From IMG/VR virus record IMGVR_UViG_3300046832_001626: a DNA stretch of 64,000 nucleotides, one strand, 5' to 3'. The DNA is from an uncultured virus (IMG/VR IMGVR_UViG_3300046832_001626) (lineage: Duplodnaviria; Heunggongvirae; Uroviricota; Caudoviricetes). Below, piece after piece: positions 35,621 through 46,230 of this stretch. Position 1 is the first letter of the stretch; every line of letters begins with the position of its first letter. A program made the translations under genes and the position numbers. Under the pieces are notes generated by a model. That model did not search any database, had not been told where the DNA came from, and worked only from the letters and a program-made list of their open reading frames with translations.

Positions 35621-38422
35621 ATGCCAATTCCATATGAACCATCTATTAGAAGAGCATTTGAGGAAGGCGGCGGGGCTTCTCTGACTTACTTTCCTCCTGG
35701 ATTCGTAGATAGTTTAAAAAGTTCACTAACAGATGATAGCACAAGAAAAGTGCAATACACTCGTTTCATGCGTGCGCAGGAAGTCACCTTTGTTGCCAAA
35801 GGACTTTGCCCAGACAAAACTGCAAATGTTTTCTTCGACAAAGTTAATGTAAAGGGATTCACTCAAAAAGCGAATGAACTTGCATTATCAACCTCTGCAA
35901 GTCAGTTTTTTCAAGATGAGCCAATTATTAATGCGACTACTAATGCATTTGCAAAAGTAATCACAACATCTAATAATATCATTTATCTAAATGAAAATTT
36001 TATTAATGTTAATGTTGCTCCATATGCTGCTAACACATTATCTACTACAACAGTCATAGAACAAGACGTAATTTATCAGACATCCTCTAATAATATTTCT
36101 GGACAAATTACTTTTGCTGGTGTTGTTGAAAGATACCAGAATACAAGCACTTCACATGCTTACATGGCAATTCGTCCAATTGATGGTGCATTCAGAAAGT
36201 TTAATCCAAACTCTGTAATTTTCTTGCGCGATAATTCTACGACAAGATTAAATGTGGGATCAACACAAACTGTTGCCAACGGATTCCCAATAAGTTCAAC
36301 GATCTATAGTAAGTATAATGCAGGTAAGACAGCAACTGTCTCCTCATACAATCACTACTCTGGTGTTGTTTCATATGCTTCAAGTAATGATACAAATATC
36401 ATTCACGTTTCTGGTAACGTTTCTAATGCAGTTGGTAACACTTTTAGAATCGCAGCTGGAGTGGGTCTAACTGCAGAGCGTACAATTAATGCTGTCTCCG
36501 CTAATGGATTTATGATTACTCTGAGTGCAAATGTCTCCGTGACATCTAATTCTAAGTATTCATATGGAGATCACGTCGTTGATGATTATGGAACACTTGC
36601 TGGTCTGTTCCATATTCCCGAAGCAGCTGGTGCAAGTTTTCCTGTCGGCAAACGATTACTAACAATTACAGATGGAGCAACAAGCGACTCTGATAATTAT
36701 ACAATGAGAGCATTTAATTATTACTCAGTGGTTGGTAATCAATCTAGCGTTGCTGATTATGCAAGGCTGGCATATGATACAATCGCACCTTCAAAAGAAG
36801 TTGCACTTAACAACAACGACATTTTGAAGAATAATAAGAAGTTTTTCCCTCTTTCACAAACCTTCTTTACACCAGCAACTGCGAATACACACGCAGATGG
36901 TGTGGCTTCTGAATTAAGTGCACTACAGATTAAAGCAGTAGATTTGTTTTTTGCTGAGAAACCATCCAGTGGTGATCTATTGTTGCCAGTTAAGGTTACA
37001 ATTAATGAGATCGAAAATGGATTACCTTCACAAAAGATTCTAGGTCAAAGCATTGTGGAAGCAACTGATATTAAAACATCAACAATTCCAGATGCTACCT
37101 CTGATGCTTCAATCACAACATTCAAGTTCTCTCCGCCAGTAATTGTTAAACCATCAAAGGAATATGCAATTACTGTCACGACATCTTCACCAGACTATGC
37201 ACTATTCGTTGCAGAAATCGGTGGTGAGATTCTTGGTACAACTCCAGCAAGAAGAGTCTCAGAGCAACCATACATTGGTGATTTCTTTAAGGCTCAAAAT
37301 GCCTCCAATTGGACACCAATTCCAAATGAAGATTTGATGTTCCGCGTGAAGTATGCTAACTGGACAACGACATCAAATACAATCACGTTTATGACAGATA
37401 ATATTCTATCAAACATCAACGTTGATTCGCTCTTGATTCACTCAGTTGACTATAACTTTAAGCCAACAAACATCAACTACTCTTTCAAATCGACTTCAAT
37501 CGATAGCGCATTCGATACTGATTGGAGAAGCATTCGTAAAGATAGATTTTATGATTTCAGCGAAGATGTTGGAACATCAACAAAATCTTCAACTCGTAGA
37601 AGAAGAATTGTAGCGGGTAATAATGAATCATTGCTCGTAAAAGCAGACTTATCAACAAGTGATCCTTATGTTTCTCCATCTATCGATATTGAGAGATTGA
37701 GTGGCGTGGCAACAGAATACCTAGTGAATGATGCAGGTATTTCCGTTTCTGACATCACCTTCACAAATCTTGGAGAGCACACAAACGCTGCAAATATCGT
37801 AGTAACGTTCTCTGCACCAAACAGATCAGGCGGTACAACAGCAAATGCTTATGTGGCAGCTCTATCTTCTGTTACTGGATATACAGGAAATGTATCGATT
37901 GTTGTTGTTGATGAACCAGGTTCTGGGTACTACACTACTCCAACGATTACATTTGCTGAACCTGGAATTGCAATAAATGCTACAGCAATTATCGCAGGTG
38001 AAAATGGTGCCTCTGGTGGTAACTGTCGCGCTAGATATGTTACAAAACCAATCACCCTTGCTGATGGATTCGATGCTGGTGATCTGAGAGTTTATCTAGA
38101 CTGCAATCGTCCAGTTGGAACAGATATTAATGTTTACTATAAGGTCAAATCAGGCGAAGATTCTCAGCCATTCGATGATAAGAAATGGCAACTAATGAGT
38201 AAAGTTAATGATAACTTCTCAAAGGATCAGAATCAGGGTATTGAACTTGAATATCGCCCAAGCCTTGACGTAAACAAGATTTCATATGTTGAGAATGGTG
38301 TGACTTATCCTCTTGGCGACAAGTTTAAATACTACGCTATCAAGATTGTGATGACAGCTGAAAGTCCAACTGTCGTTCCTCATGTAAGAAATTATAGAGC
38401 GATCGCAACACCAGCAGGATAA
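35621..38422 (+). CDS. Large virion structural protein (resembles the C-terminal half of VrlC/DUF4815-like proteins)
   Basis: 'PLSQTFF', 'VDLFFAEKP', 'FFKAQNASNWTP...EDLMF', 'FKYYAIKIVM...VP.VRNYRAIA'. Confidence 0.75.
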   Translation: MPIPYEPSIRRAFEEGGGASLTYFPPGFVDSLKSSLTDDSTRKVQYTRFMRAQEVTFVAKGLCPDKTANVFFDKVNVKGFTQKANELALSTSASQFFQDEPIINATTNAFAKVITTSNNIIYLNENFINVNVAPYAANTLSTTTVIEQDVIYQTSSNNISGQITFAGVVERYQNTSTSHAYMAIRPIDGAFRKFNPNSVIFLRDNSTTRLNVGSTQTVANGFPISSTIYSKYNAGKTATVSSYNHYSGVVSYASSNDTNIIHVSGNVSNAVGNTFRIAAGVGLTAERTINAVSANGFMITLSANVSVTSNSKYSYGDHVVDDYGTLAGLFHIPEAAGASFPVGKRLLTITDGATSDSDNYTMRAFNYYSVVGNQSSVADYARLAYDTIAPSKEVALNNNDILKNNKKFFPLSQTFFTPATANTHADGVASELSALQIKAVDLFFAEKPSSGDLLLPVKVTINEIENGLPSQKILGQSIVEATDIKTSTIPDATSDASITTFKFSPPVIVKPSKEYAITVTTSSPDYALFVAEIGGEILGTTPARRVSEQPYIGDFFKAQNASNWTPIPNEDLMFRVKYANWTTTSNTITFMTDNILSNINVDSLLIHSVDYNFKPTNINYSFKSTSIDSAFDTDWRSIRKDRFYDFSEDVGTSTKSSTRRRRIVAGNNESLLVKADLSTSDPYVSPSIDIERLSGVATEYLVNDAGISVSDITFTNLGEHTNAANIVVTFSAPNRSGGTTANAYVAALSSVTGYTGNVSIVVVDEPGSGYYTTPTITFAEPGIAINATAIIAGENGASGGNCRARYVTKPITLADGFDAGDLRVYLDCNRPVGTDINVYYKVKSGEDSQPFDDKKWQLMSKVNDNFSKDQNQGIELEYRPSLDVNKISYVENGVTYPLGDKFKYYAIKIVMTAESPTVVPHVRNYRAIATPAG

Positions 38423-38426
38423 TATT

Positions 38427-38648
38427 ATGCTTGTGAAGATTAAGGATAATGAAGATCTTGTAAGAGACGTAAATTCAAAAGCAATTTTGAATATTAATAA
38501 AAACGCTCTCTTTAAAGATCAAATGTATCAGGAAAAATTAAAAAAACAGAAGGAAATGGAGTCCTCCATAAATAGTCTACGAGACGAAGTTTCCTCACTT
38601 AAAGGTGATATTTCAAAAATTTTAGAGATGCTTTCTAGGGGCAATTAA
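38427..38648 (+). CDS. Small coiled-coil conserved phage protein
   Basis: '[13 protein letters not shown]...[19 protein letters not shown]'. Confidence 0.75.
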   Translation: MLVKIKDNEDLVRDVNSKAILNINKNALFKDQMYQEKLKKQKEMESSINSLRDEVSSLKGDISKILEMLSRGN

Positions 38649-40864
38649 TGGCAAACGCAAATATTACACATATTCAGTTGGTGAACACATTCAATGAATG
38701 GCGTGCAGGTACAAACGATCTGATTGAGGATCGTAATATTCTTCGCAATTCAAACTATGTGAAAGATGGTGGTGCACTCACATTATTGAGTGCAGCTGGT
38801 CAATCTAATACCCCTCCATTATTGACGATTGGTAGTACAGGAAACGGTAACGTTTTCGTTTCTAATTTACTAACCGCAACAAGAGTTAATGCTAATACCA
38901 TTTACGTTGATCAAGATTTGACCGTTAATGGTAATGTGTTTATCGAAGGTGATATTTCTTCTTTTAATGTTGCAACACTTTCAATTGAAGATAATGAAAT
39001 TATCCTCAATTCAAATACAACTGCCGCACCAACATTAAGTGCCTCTATTACAATTGATCGCGGCTCGAGCACTAATACATTCTTGCGTTGGAATGAAACA
39101 ACAGACAAGTGGGGCTGGTCAGATGATGGCACCACAATGTATAATTTCCAGAGTGCATTGGATGCATATGGTCAAGCCAATGCTGCATTCAATCAAGCAA
39201 ATACAGCACGCACAACAGCCAATGATGCTTATGGTCAAGCAAATACTGCACGTTCTGATGCGAATACAACATTCGCTACAATGAATACTACATTCAGTAC
39301 CGTTAATACAAACATAACAAACGTAAATGCAAATGGATTAAATGCATACGCACAAGCAAATACTGCAAGAACAACTGCCAATGATGCTTATGCCCAAGCA
39401 AATACTGCAAGAACAACTGCCAATGATGCTTATGCCCAAGCAAATACTGCTTATACACAAGCCAATAATGCATATGCTCGAGCAAACCTCAGCGTGACCA
39501 CACTTGGTGGTACGTTTAGTGGTGATGTTACGATTCAAGGTAATCTCTTCGTTGAAGGTGATTCAACAACATTTAATGTTGCAAGCCTTGTTGTTGAAGA
39601 CAGCGAAATTATTCTGAACTCCAATCAAACAGGAGCTCCTTCTTTAAATGCTGATGTTAAAGTAGAGCGCGGATCTGGTACTGATACATTCCTTAGATGG
39701 AATGAGACTTCAGACAAATGGGGTTGGAGTGATAATGGAACTGTATTTTACAGTTTTGACACAGCATTGAATGCTTATGCACAAGCGAATGCTGCTTATG
39801 GGCAAGCCAATGCTGGTTACGATCAAGCAAATAACGCATATCTTCAAGCAAATACTGCAAGAACAACTGCCAATGATGCTTATGCCGCAGCAAACAATGC
39901 TGCAAACACAGTTAGAGTTTCTGCAAATAGTGGATCAACATTAACTGCAAGACAATTGAACTTTGTCAACACATCAGCTGTTACTGTTTCTGTGACTGCA
40001 TCAGCTGATGGCAACGCAAATGTTGCATTTGTGGTTGCTGCTGGACCACAAGGTCCACAGGGTCCACAAGGTCCACAGGGTCCACAAGGACCAACAGGAT
40101 TAACTGGACCGCAGGGACCACAAGGTGTCACTGGTCCGCAAGGTCCACAGGGTCCAGGAGGAACTGGTCCACAGGGTCCACAGGGTCCAATAGGTAACAC
40201 TGGTCCACAAGGTCCACAAGGTCCAGGTGGAACTGGACCTCAAGGTCCACAGGGTCCAGCAGGAACGAATGGAACCAATGGAACCAATGGTGCAACTGGT
40301 CCACAGGGTCCACAAGGTCCAGGAGGAACTAATGGAACCAATGGTGCAACTGGTCCACAGGGTCCACAGGGTCCAGCAGGAACGAATGGAACCAATGGAA
40401 CCAATGGTGCAACTGGTCCACAGGGTCCACAGGGTCCAGGCGCAAACCAATCATTGAATACAAATAGTGATGTACAATTTAATAGTCTTGGAGTTGGTAC
40501 AGGTGCTCCTGGCGGCGGTGCAATTCGTGCCACTGGCGACATTACTGCATACTACTCTGATGAAAGATTGAAGACAGTGCTCGGTAATATTGAAAATGCT
40601 CTTGCGAAAGTAAATTCATTAAATGGATTCTACTACGAAGCAAATGAAGTTGCACAAAGTTTAGGATACCCAGTTAAGAGAGAAATTGGTCTCTCTGCAC
40701 AACAAGTTGAAGGTGTGCTACCTGAAATTGTTGTTCCAGCTCCAATTGATGAGCAATACAAAACAATTCATTACGAAAAGATTTGTGTGTTGCTAGTTGA
40801 AGCAATCAAAGAACTTGATAAGAAATATAATGATCTATTAAACGAAGTTCGCAACAAGGGATGA
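38648..40864 (+). CDS. Tail fibre with 14-aa coiled-coil repeats, a collagen segment and a C-terminal S74 intramolecular chaperone
   Basis: 'NTFNEWR' N-terminus, duplicated beta module, [14 protein letters not shown] repeats, GPQ collagen, '[11 protein letters not shown]...[14 protein letters not shown]...LLVEAIKEL'. Confidence 0.88.
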   Translation: MANANITHIQLVNTFNEWRAGTNDLIEDRNILRNSNYVKDGGALTLLSAAGQSNTPPLLTIGSTGNGNVFVSNLLTATRVNANTIYVDQDLTVNGNVFIEGDISSFNVATLSIEDNEIILNSNTTAAPTLSASITIDRGSSTNTFLRWNETTDKWGWSDDGTTMYNFQSALDAYGQANAAFNQANTARTTANDAYGQANTARSDANTTFATMNTTFSTVNTNITNVNANGLNAYAQANTARTTANDAYAQANTARTTANDAYAQANTAYTQANNAYARANLSVTTLGGTFSGDVTIQGNLFVEGDSTTFNVASLVVEDSEIILNSNQTGAPSLNADVKVERGSGTDTFLRWNETSDKWGWSDNGTVFYSFDTALNAYAQANAAYGQANAGYDQANNAYLQANTARTTANDAYAAANNAANTVRVSANSGSTLTARQLNFVNTSAVTVSVTASADGNANVAFVVAAGPQGPQGPQGPQGPQGPTGLTGPQGPQGVTGPQGPQGPGGTGPQGPQGPIGNTGPQGPQGPGGTGPQGPQGPAGTNGTNGTNGATGPQGPQGPGGTNGTNGATGPQGPQGPAGTNGTNGTNGATGPQGPQGPGANQSLNTNSDVQFNSLGVGTGAPGGGAIRATGDITAYYSDERLKTVLGNIENALAKVNSLNGFYYEANEVAQSLGYPVKREIGLSAQQVEGVLPEIVVPAPIDEQYKTIHYEKICVLLVEAIKELDKKYNDLLNEVRNKG

Positions 40865-40867
40865 TGA

Positions 40868-41983
40868 ATGGCTGTTCCAACCATACCAAGTTCGATTTCT
40901 CTAGGTAATATTCAAACTGAGTTTGGAGGATCAAATCCAATTTCAATCAGTGAGTATTATTCTGGTGGTGCATATGTTGCTGGTGGAACAGCAAACGCAA
41001 CATCTGTCACAATTCCTACAAGTGGAACAATCAGTTTCTCTAATTTTTCTGGTGCAGCTGCTGTGGTATCGCCTGTAGTTAATTTACCTCAATACAATGC
41101 TGGTTTCGGATATGATGTTAATTTGTTCGCATCAGGAAGTCCAAGTGGTCTGGGATTATCTTGGGCATCAGCGCAGATTATTTTGTATGCAAATGGCAAT
41201 GGTGTTTATCGAGAGTCTAATGTGAATACAGGAGATTTCGATACACCATTCACTTGGTTGACATCAGGAAGTGCTTCAACTGCATATGCTTATCTTGATA
41301 CACCTTCTGGAGACAGCGTTGAGGGAACCTCTTCAGCTGTTGCAACTTCTCTGCAAATGACTACTACGAGAGCATGGCAGTGGTATGTACAAACTACTGG
41401 TAGTTATCTTTCAAAATCTGCTACTACAACACTAAGACTTAAAAATTCAGCAGGCACTGATCTTGACACTGTAACTGTATCTGTTCTTATTGGTGCAACA
41501 CAAAGTGGTGGAATTGGTGGTGGTGGCGGTTGTTGCTTTACTGGCGACACTCTCATTACAATGGCTGATCTATCAACCAAACCAATCGAAAGCATTCAGG
41601 TTGGTGATTTAATTCTATCATATAATCCAGATACTCAACAAAATGAAACGAATGAAGTATCAGAAATCATCACTCGTGTTAATCGCGTGATGTATGAATT
41701 TCATCTTGAAAATGGAACAAATATCAAGGGATCACAAGATCACCCATTCTATGTTGTTGGTAAAGGATACTGTTCAATGAATCCACCTATGACCATGAAC
41801 GGTTATAAAGCACTAACTGATGTTACATTTATTGCTGTTGGCGATAAGTTAGTTGATAAAGACAGAAATGAAATATTACTACAAAACATTGTTCCACTTG
41901 GCTTATCTGAAACTGTTTACACATTTAACAACAAACATAAAACAAGTCCTAATTTCTATGCGAATGGAGTTTTGGTATACTAA
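40868..41983 (+). CDS. Putative fibre-tip adhesin with a C-terminal Hint (hedgehog/intein-like) domain
   Basis: N-terminal 'ISLGNIQTEFGGSNPISISEYY'; then 'GGGGGC|CFTGDTLITMAD..KPIESIQVGD', 'SQDHPFYV', 'NFYANGVLVY*'. Confidence 0.85.
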   Translation: MAVPTIPSSISLGNIQTEFGGSNPISISEYYSGGAYVAGGTANATSVTIPTSGTISFSNFSGAAAVVSPVVNLPQYNAGFGYDVNLFASGSPSGLGLSWASAQIILYANGNGVYRESNVNTGDFDTPFTWLTSGSASTAYAYLDTPSGDSVEGTSSAVATSLQMTTTRAWQWYVQTTGSYLSKSATTTLRLKNSAGTDLDTVTVSVLIGATQSGGIGGGGGCCFTGDTLITMADLSTKPIESIQVGDLILSYNPDTQQNETNEVSEIITRVNRVMYEFHLENGTNIKGSQDHPFYVVGKGYCSMNPPMTMNGYKALTDVTFIAVGDKLVDKDRNEILLQNIVPLGLSETVYTFNNKHKTSPNFYANGVLVY

Positions 41984-42032
41984 GATCCAAAAGTATGGAT
42001 AAATAATCAATAATAAAAGTAGGAATTAATAG

Positions 42033-42368
42033 ATGGCTCAGTATGTAGAATTATCAATGGACCAAGGGACTTCCTTTGGTGTAGATATTACAGTAATAAA
42101 AGATGATGGTTCACCAAGAAACGTCGCAAATTCTACATTCACTTGTTCAATTCGTAAATCATATTATTCTTCTTCTCCAACTGCAAATTTAATCATCACT
42201 GCTGCAGATGCAGCGAATGGTGTCATCTACGCAAATGCAAACTCAGCAGTGACTGCAAATATTCGCCCAGGAAGATATCTCTACGACATTAAAGAAACAA
42301 CGACTTCAAACAATGTCAGTCGTTTGGTTGAAGGAATTATAACAGTCTATCCACAGGTTACGAAATAA
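42033..42368 (+). CDS. Small virion protein (BppU-N-like fibre attachment)
   Basis: '[10 protein letters not shown]...IRKSYYS...GRYLYDI...[14 protein letters not shown]'. Late-promoter-like GATAAATA at 41998. Confidence 0.7.
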   Translation: MAQYVELSMDQGTSFGVDITVIKDDGSPRNVANSTFTCSIRKSYYSSSPTANLIITAADAANGVIYANANSAVTANIRPGRYLYDIKETTTSNNVSRLVEGIITVYPQVTK

Positions 42369-45300
42369 TGACTGTTACAGTTAAACAGCAAAGCAGTTCT
42401 GTTCTTGTCTCACAGATCACTCGTGGTCCTCAAGGACCACAGGGTCCACAAGGTCCACAGGGTCCACAAGGTCCTCAAGGCGTTATCGGTCCACAAGGAC
42501 CGCAAGGTGTCGTTGGTCCGCAAGGACCACAGGGTCCTCAAGGACCACAGGGTCCAACTGGTGCACAAGGTAACTTTGGTGGTGCTGCATTTGATTATAC
42601 CTTTGATTCAAATACTGCAATCAGTAATCCAGGACAAGGTCGATTAAAACTTAACAACGGAACACCATCCTCTGCAAGTCTTTTGTGGATCAACACACAA
42701 GATGATAATGGAACAAACGTTTATAATTTTCTAATTACAATTGACGATTCAACATCTTCAATCAAAGGACATTACAAAATTAGCAGCAAATCAAATGCTA
42801 ATAATTTCGTAATGTATGCAATCAATGGATTGGTTGATTATACTGGATATCTTGAAGTCAATAGTTCTTATGTCTCTGGTGTGGCAACACCATTCAGCAA
42901 TAACAGTGATATTTTAATTACATTTGCAAGAACTGGCGATAAAGGCGAAGCTGGTCCTCAAGGTCCACAGGGTGTTGTTGGTCCGCAAGGTCCACAGGGA
43001 CCACAAGGTGTTACTGGACCACAAGGTCCACAAGGCGTCGTTGGTCCGCAGGGACCACAAGGTCCAGAAGGTCCACAAGGTGTTGTTGGTCCACAAGGAC
43101 CACAAGGACCACAAGGACCACAAGGCGTCGTTGGTCCTCAAGGACCACAAGGCGTCGTTGGTCCTCAAGGTCCACAAGGCGTCGTTGGTCCTCAAGGTCC
43201 ACAGGGTGTTTTCGGTCCTCAAGGTCCACAGGGTGTTTTCGGTCCGCAGGGACCACAAGGACCAGAAGGTCCACAGGGTCCACAAGGTGTTGTTGGACCA
43301 CAAGGTCCACAGGGTGTCGTTGGTCCTCAAGGTCCACAGGGTCCAGAAGGTCCGCAAGGTCCAAGCGGCGTCTCAAATGTTCCTGGTCCTCAAGGACCAC
43401 AAGGTCCACAGGGTCCAGAAGGTCCACAAGGCGTCGTTGGTCCTCAAGGACCACAAGGACCACAAGGTCCAGAAGGTGTTGTTGGTCCACAAGGTCCACA
43501 GGGACCACAAGGTGTCGTTGGTCCTCAAGGTCCGCAAGGCGATACTGGTCCACAAGGTCCACAAGGTCCACAGGGTATTGTTGGTCCGCAGGGTCCGCAG
43601 GGTCCACAAGGACCAGAAGGTCCACAAGGTCCAAGTGGAGTTTCAAATGTTCCAGGACCAACAGGTCCACAAGGTCCACAAGGACCAGAAGGTCCACAGG
43701 GTGTTGTTGGTCCTCAAGGACCACAAGGTGTCACTGGTCCACAAGGTCCACAGGGTCCACAAGGTCCACAGGGCGTTGTTGGTCCTCAAGGTCCTCAAGG
43801 ACCAGAAGGTCCACAAGGTCCAAGTGGAGTTTCAAATGTTCCAGGACCAACAGGTCCACAAGGTCCACAAGGACCAGAAGGTCCAAGTGGTGTATCAAAT
43901 GTTCCTGGACCACAAGGACCACAGGGTCCACAGGGTCCACAGGGTCCACAGGGACCACAAGGTGTCGTTGGACCACAAGGTCCTTCTGGACCAAAAGGTG
44001 ACACTGGTGAATTTGGTGGTGCAACATTTGAATATGTTTACTTGACAAATACTGCAAACACTGATCCTGGTGCGGCAAATCTTAAATTTGATAGCACGAA
44101 TTTCGCAACGGCAACAAGATTATTCATTGATCACATTGATGACAATGGTGCAAATGTATTCAATTATTTGCAAACAATCGACGACTCAACGTCAACAATT
44201 AAAGGTACGTTTAAAGTTGCAAACACTGCAAATATTAGTGAGTTCGCATTCTTTACAATCAACGGTTTACATGCTGAACTAGTTAATTATTTGTCTGTTC
44301 CAATTGCGCACTCAGTTGGCATCACAAGTTTAACCAACGGCGCAAATATTATCATCACATTTGCACGAACTGGTGACAAAGGTGACACTGGTCCGCAAGG
44401 TCCACAAGGTGTATTTGGTCCACAAGGTCCACAAGGTCCACAAGGTGTCGTTGGTCCGCAAGGTCCACAAGGTGTATTTGGTCCACAAGGTCCACAAGGT
44501 CCACAAGGTCCAAGTGGAGTTTCAAATGTTCCAGGACCAGCTGGTCCTCAGGGACCACAGGGACCAGAAGGTCCACAGGGTGTTGTTGGTCCACAAGGTC
44601 CGCAGGGACCACAAGGACCAGAAGGTCCACAAGGACCAAGTGGTGTATCAAATGTTCCAGGTCCACAAGGTCCACAGGGACCACAGGGTCCAAGTGGAGT
44701 TTCCAACGTTCCTGGTCCTCAAGGTCCACAAGGACCACAAGGACCACAAGGTGTGACTGGTGACACTGGTCCTCAAGGTCCACAAGGTCCACAAGGTGAA
44801 ACTGGTCCACAAGGTCCACAGGGACCACAGGGTGTTGCTGGTCCACAAGGACCACAAGGCGTAACTGGACCTCAGGGTCCACAAGGACCACAAGGCGTAA
44901 CTGGTCCACAAGGACCACAAGGACCACAGGGACCACAAGGTGTGACTGGACCTCAAGGTCCACAAGGACCACAAGGACCACAAGGTCCACAGGGTCTCAC
45001 TGGTCCGCAGGGTCCACAAGGTGTAACTGGTCCGCAGGGTCCACAGGGACCAATGGCTTCTGGTGGTGTGACACTCTTTGGATATTATGAACGAGCAAAT
45101 TCAGCAACAGTGACTGGTGGTGCATTTACAGCAGATCTGTCTGGTAACAATGTGTTTGATTTAACGCTCTCAAGATCTGGTGGTTCGACGACAACAATTA
45201 CGTTTACAAATGCACCAGCATCGGGCAACTTAATTTCTGCAACTTTAATCTTGCGACAATCGGCTGCTTCTGGCAACACTGTTTCGTTTGCAAACACAAT

Positions 45301-45427
45301 ACAGTGGTCAAACGCTGAAGAGCCTGTTCTTGCTTCTGGAATTGCAAATAAACTAGATACTATTACATTATTCACAGTGAATGGTGGTCTAACATATTAT
45401 GGCGCACATGCGCTGGCTAACGTGTAG
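42368..45427 (+). CDS. Long collagen-like fibre with two homologous globular inserts
   Basis: Long runs of Gly-X-Y triplets dominated by GPQ; duplicated 'FGGA.F.Y...NV.N.L.TIDDSTS.IKG...[10 protein letters not shown]' domain. Confidence 0.88.
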   Translation: MTVTVKQQSSSVLVSQITRGPQGPQGPQGPQGPQGPQGVIGPQGPQGVVGPQGPQGPQGPQGPTGAQGNFGGAAFDYTFDSNTAISNPGQGRLKLNNGTPSSASLLWINTQDDNGTNVYNFLITIDDSTSSIKGHYKISSKSNANNFVMYAINGLVDYTGYLEVNSSYVSGVATPFSNNSDILITFARTGDKGEAGPQGPQGVVGPQGPQGPQGVTGPQGPQGVVGPQGPQGPEGPQGVVGPQGPQGPQGPQGVVGPQGPQGVVGPQGPQGVVGPQGPQGVFGPQGPQGVFGPQGPQGPEGPQGPQGVVGPQGPQGVVGPQGPQGPEGPQGPSGVSNVPGPQGPQGPQGPEGPQGVVGPQGPQGPQGPEGVVGPQGPQGPQGVVGPQGPQGDTGPQGPQGPQGIVGPQGPQGPQGPEGPQGPSGVSNVPGPTGPQGPQGPEGPQGVVGPQGPQGVTGPQGPQGPQGPQGVVGPQGPQGPEGPQGPSGVSNVPGPTGPQGPQGPEGPSGVSNVPGPQGPQGPQGPQGPQGPQGVVGPQGPSGPKGDTGEFGGATFEYVYLTNTANTDPGAANLKFDSTNFATATRLFIDHIDDNGANVFNYLQTIDDSTSTIKGTFKVANTANISEFAFFTINGLHAELVNYLSVPIAHSVGITSLTNGANIIITFARTGDKGDTGPQGPQGVFGPQGPQGPQGVVGPQGPQGVFGPQGPQGPQGPSGVSNVPGPAGPQGPQGPEGPQGVVGPQGPQGPQGPEGPQGPSGVSNVPGPQGPQGPQGPSGVSNVPGPQGPQGPQGPQGVTGDTGPQGPQGPQGETGPQGPQGPQGVAGPQGPQGVTGPQGPQGPQGVTGPQGPQGPQGPQGVTGPQGPQGPQGPQGPQGLTGPQGPQGVTGPQGPQGPMASGGVTLFGYYERANSATVTGGAFTADLSGNNVFDLTLSRSGGSTTTITFTNAPASGNLISATLILRQSAASGNTVSFANTIQWSNAEEPVLASGIANKLDTITLFTVNGGLTYYGAHALANV
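42947..45052 (+). repeat. 9-bp-period collagen-coding repeats (GGT/GGA CCA CAA/G), interrupted by one globular insert
   Basis: Directly visible; also at about 40043-40440 and 42425-42575. Confidence 0.9.
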
Positions 45428-45447
45428 GATAATAAACGGAGAAAACA

Positions 45448-45855
45448 ATGAGTGGAACAAATGTAGTTTCAATTCGCAAAAATCGCGTTGAGACATTCGA
45501 AGGTGTGCTCAAAGCGTATCGCGAAAAAATCACAAAAATTAATGCGGTGAACAACATTGAGATTCTTGATCTCAAGAAATCAAACATTTTTCACATTACT
45601 CTAAGGCAGAATATTATAAATATTTCGTTCGATAATTTGCCTGAGGCAAACCATAGTTATTCTTGTACTTTAATTTTAAAACAGGATAATATTGGAAATC
45701 GAAAAGTAATATTTCCAGAAAACGTATTTTGGTCATTCGGAGAGGTTGCAATCCTCTCCACAAAACCAGATTATGCAGATGTGATTACATTAATGACATT
45801 TGATGGTGGTGAAACATATTACGCTTCACATGCGTTAGCCAATCTTGGACGTTAA
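45448..45855 (+). CDS. Small fibre-associated beta protein, paralogous to the C-terminal domain of the collagen fibre
   Basis: 'LDLKKSNIFHITL...SFDNLP...TLILKQ...W...DVITLMTFDGGETYYASHALANL' resembles the end of 42368-45427. Confidence 0.75.
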   Translation: MSGTNVVSIRKNRVETFEGVLKAYREKITKINAVNNIEILDLKKSNIFHITLRQNIINISFDNLPEANHSYSCTLILKQDNIGNRKVIFPENVFWSFGEVAILSTKPDYADVITLMTFDGGETYYASHALANLGR

Positions 45856-45870
45856 GGAGGTTTTTCTATC

Positions 45871-46221
45871 ATGGCTAATTTAGTAAAAATTAAGAAAATT
45901 ACTGTATACACTGCAATGACTGCAGATGCAGCTGAGTGCTGGGATGTTTTAAAACTTCTCAAGGACAACAATGTTCCATTTCATCATTTGAATTGGGGCG
46001 ATGATTCTACACTCGCAGGTTTATTCAGTGCGCTTAACACTTGGAACTACTTTAATGGTACAGAATTCTATCACAAAGAATTCACTAAACTTCCAATTGT
46101 TCACTGGGAATGTGTGTATGATGACGATGCTGTTGTTACAAATGCAGCAGAAGGTCTCGCAGAACTACAAGCATCAGAACTGATGGCAAATCTAAGCAAG
46201 ATTGTTCAACCAGTAACCTGA
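45871..46221 (+). CDS. Glutaredoxin-fold-like protein lacking CxxC
   Basis: 'ITVYT...AECWDVLKLLKDNNVPFHHLN...KLPIV'; AAGGAGG RBS. Confidence 0.5.
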   Translation: MANLVKIKKITVYTAMTADAAECWDVLKLLKDNNVPFHHLNWGDDSTLAGLFSALNTWNYFNGTEFYHKEFTKLPIVHWECVYDDDAVVTNAAEGLAELQASELMANLSKIVQPVT

Positions 46222-46230
46222 TAAAATAAA

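Noticed and set aside
41534..41983. Classical splicing intein
   Set aside because: No terminal Asn/Gln, no C-extein and no endonuclease domain. Kept as a C-terminal Hint domain.
39170..45052. Tandem DNA repeats as a possible CRISPR array or DGR template/variable pair
   Set aside because: Periods are multiples of 3 and in frame within fibre genes. There are no unique spacers, no adenine-specific divergence, and no cas or reverse transcriptase gene in the window.
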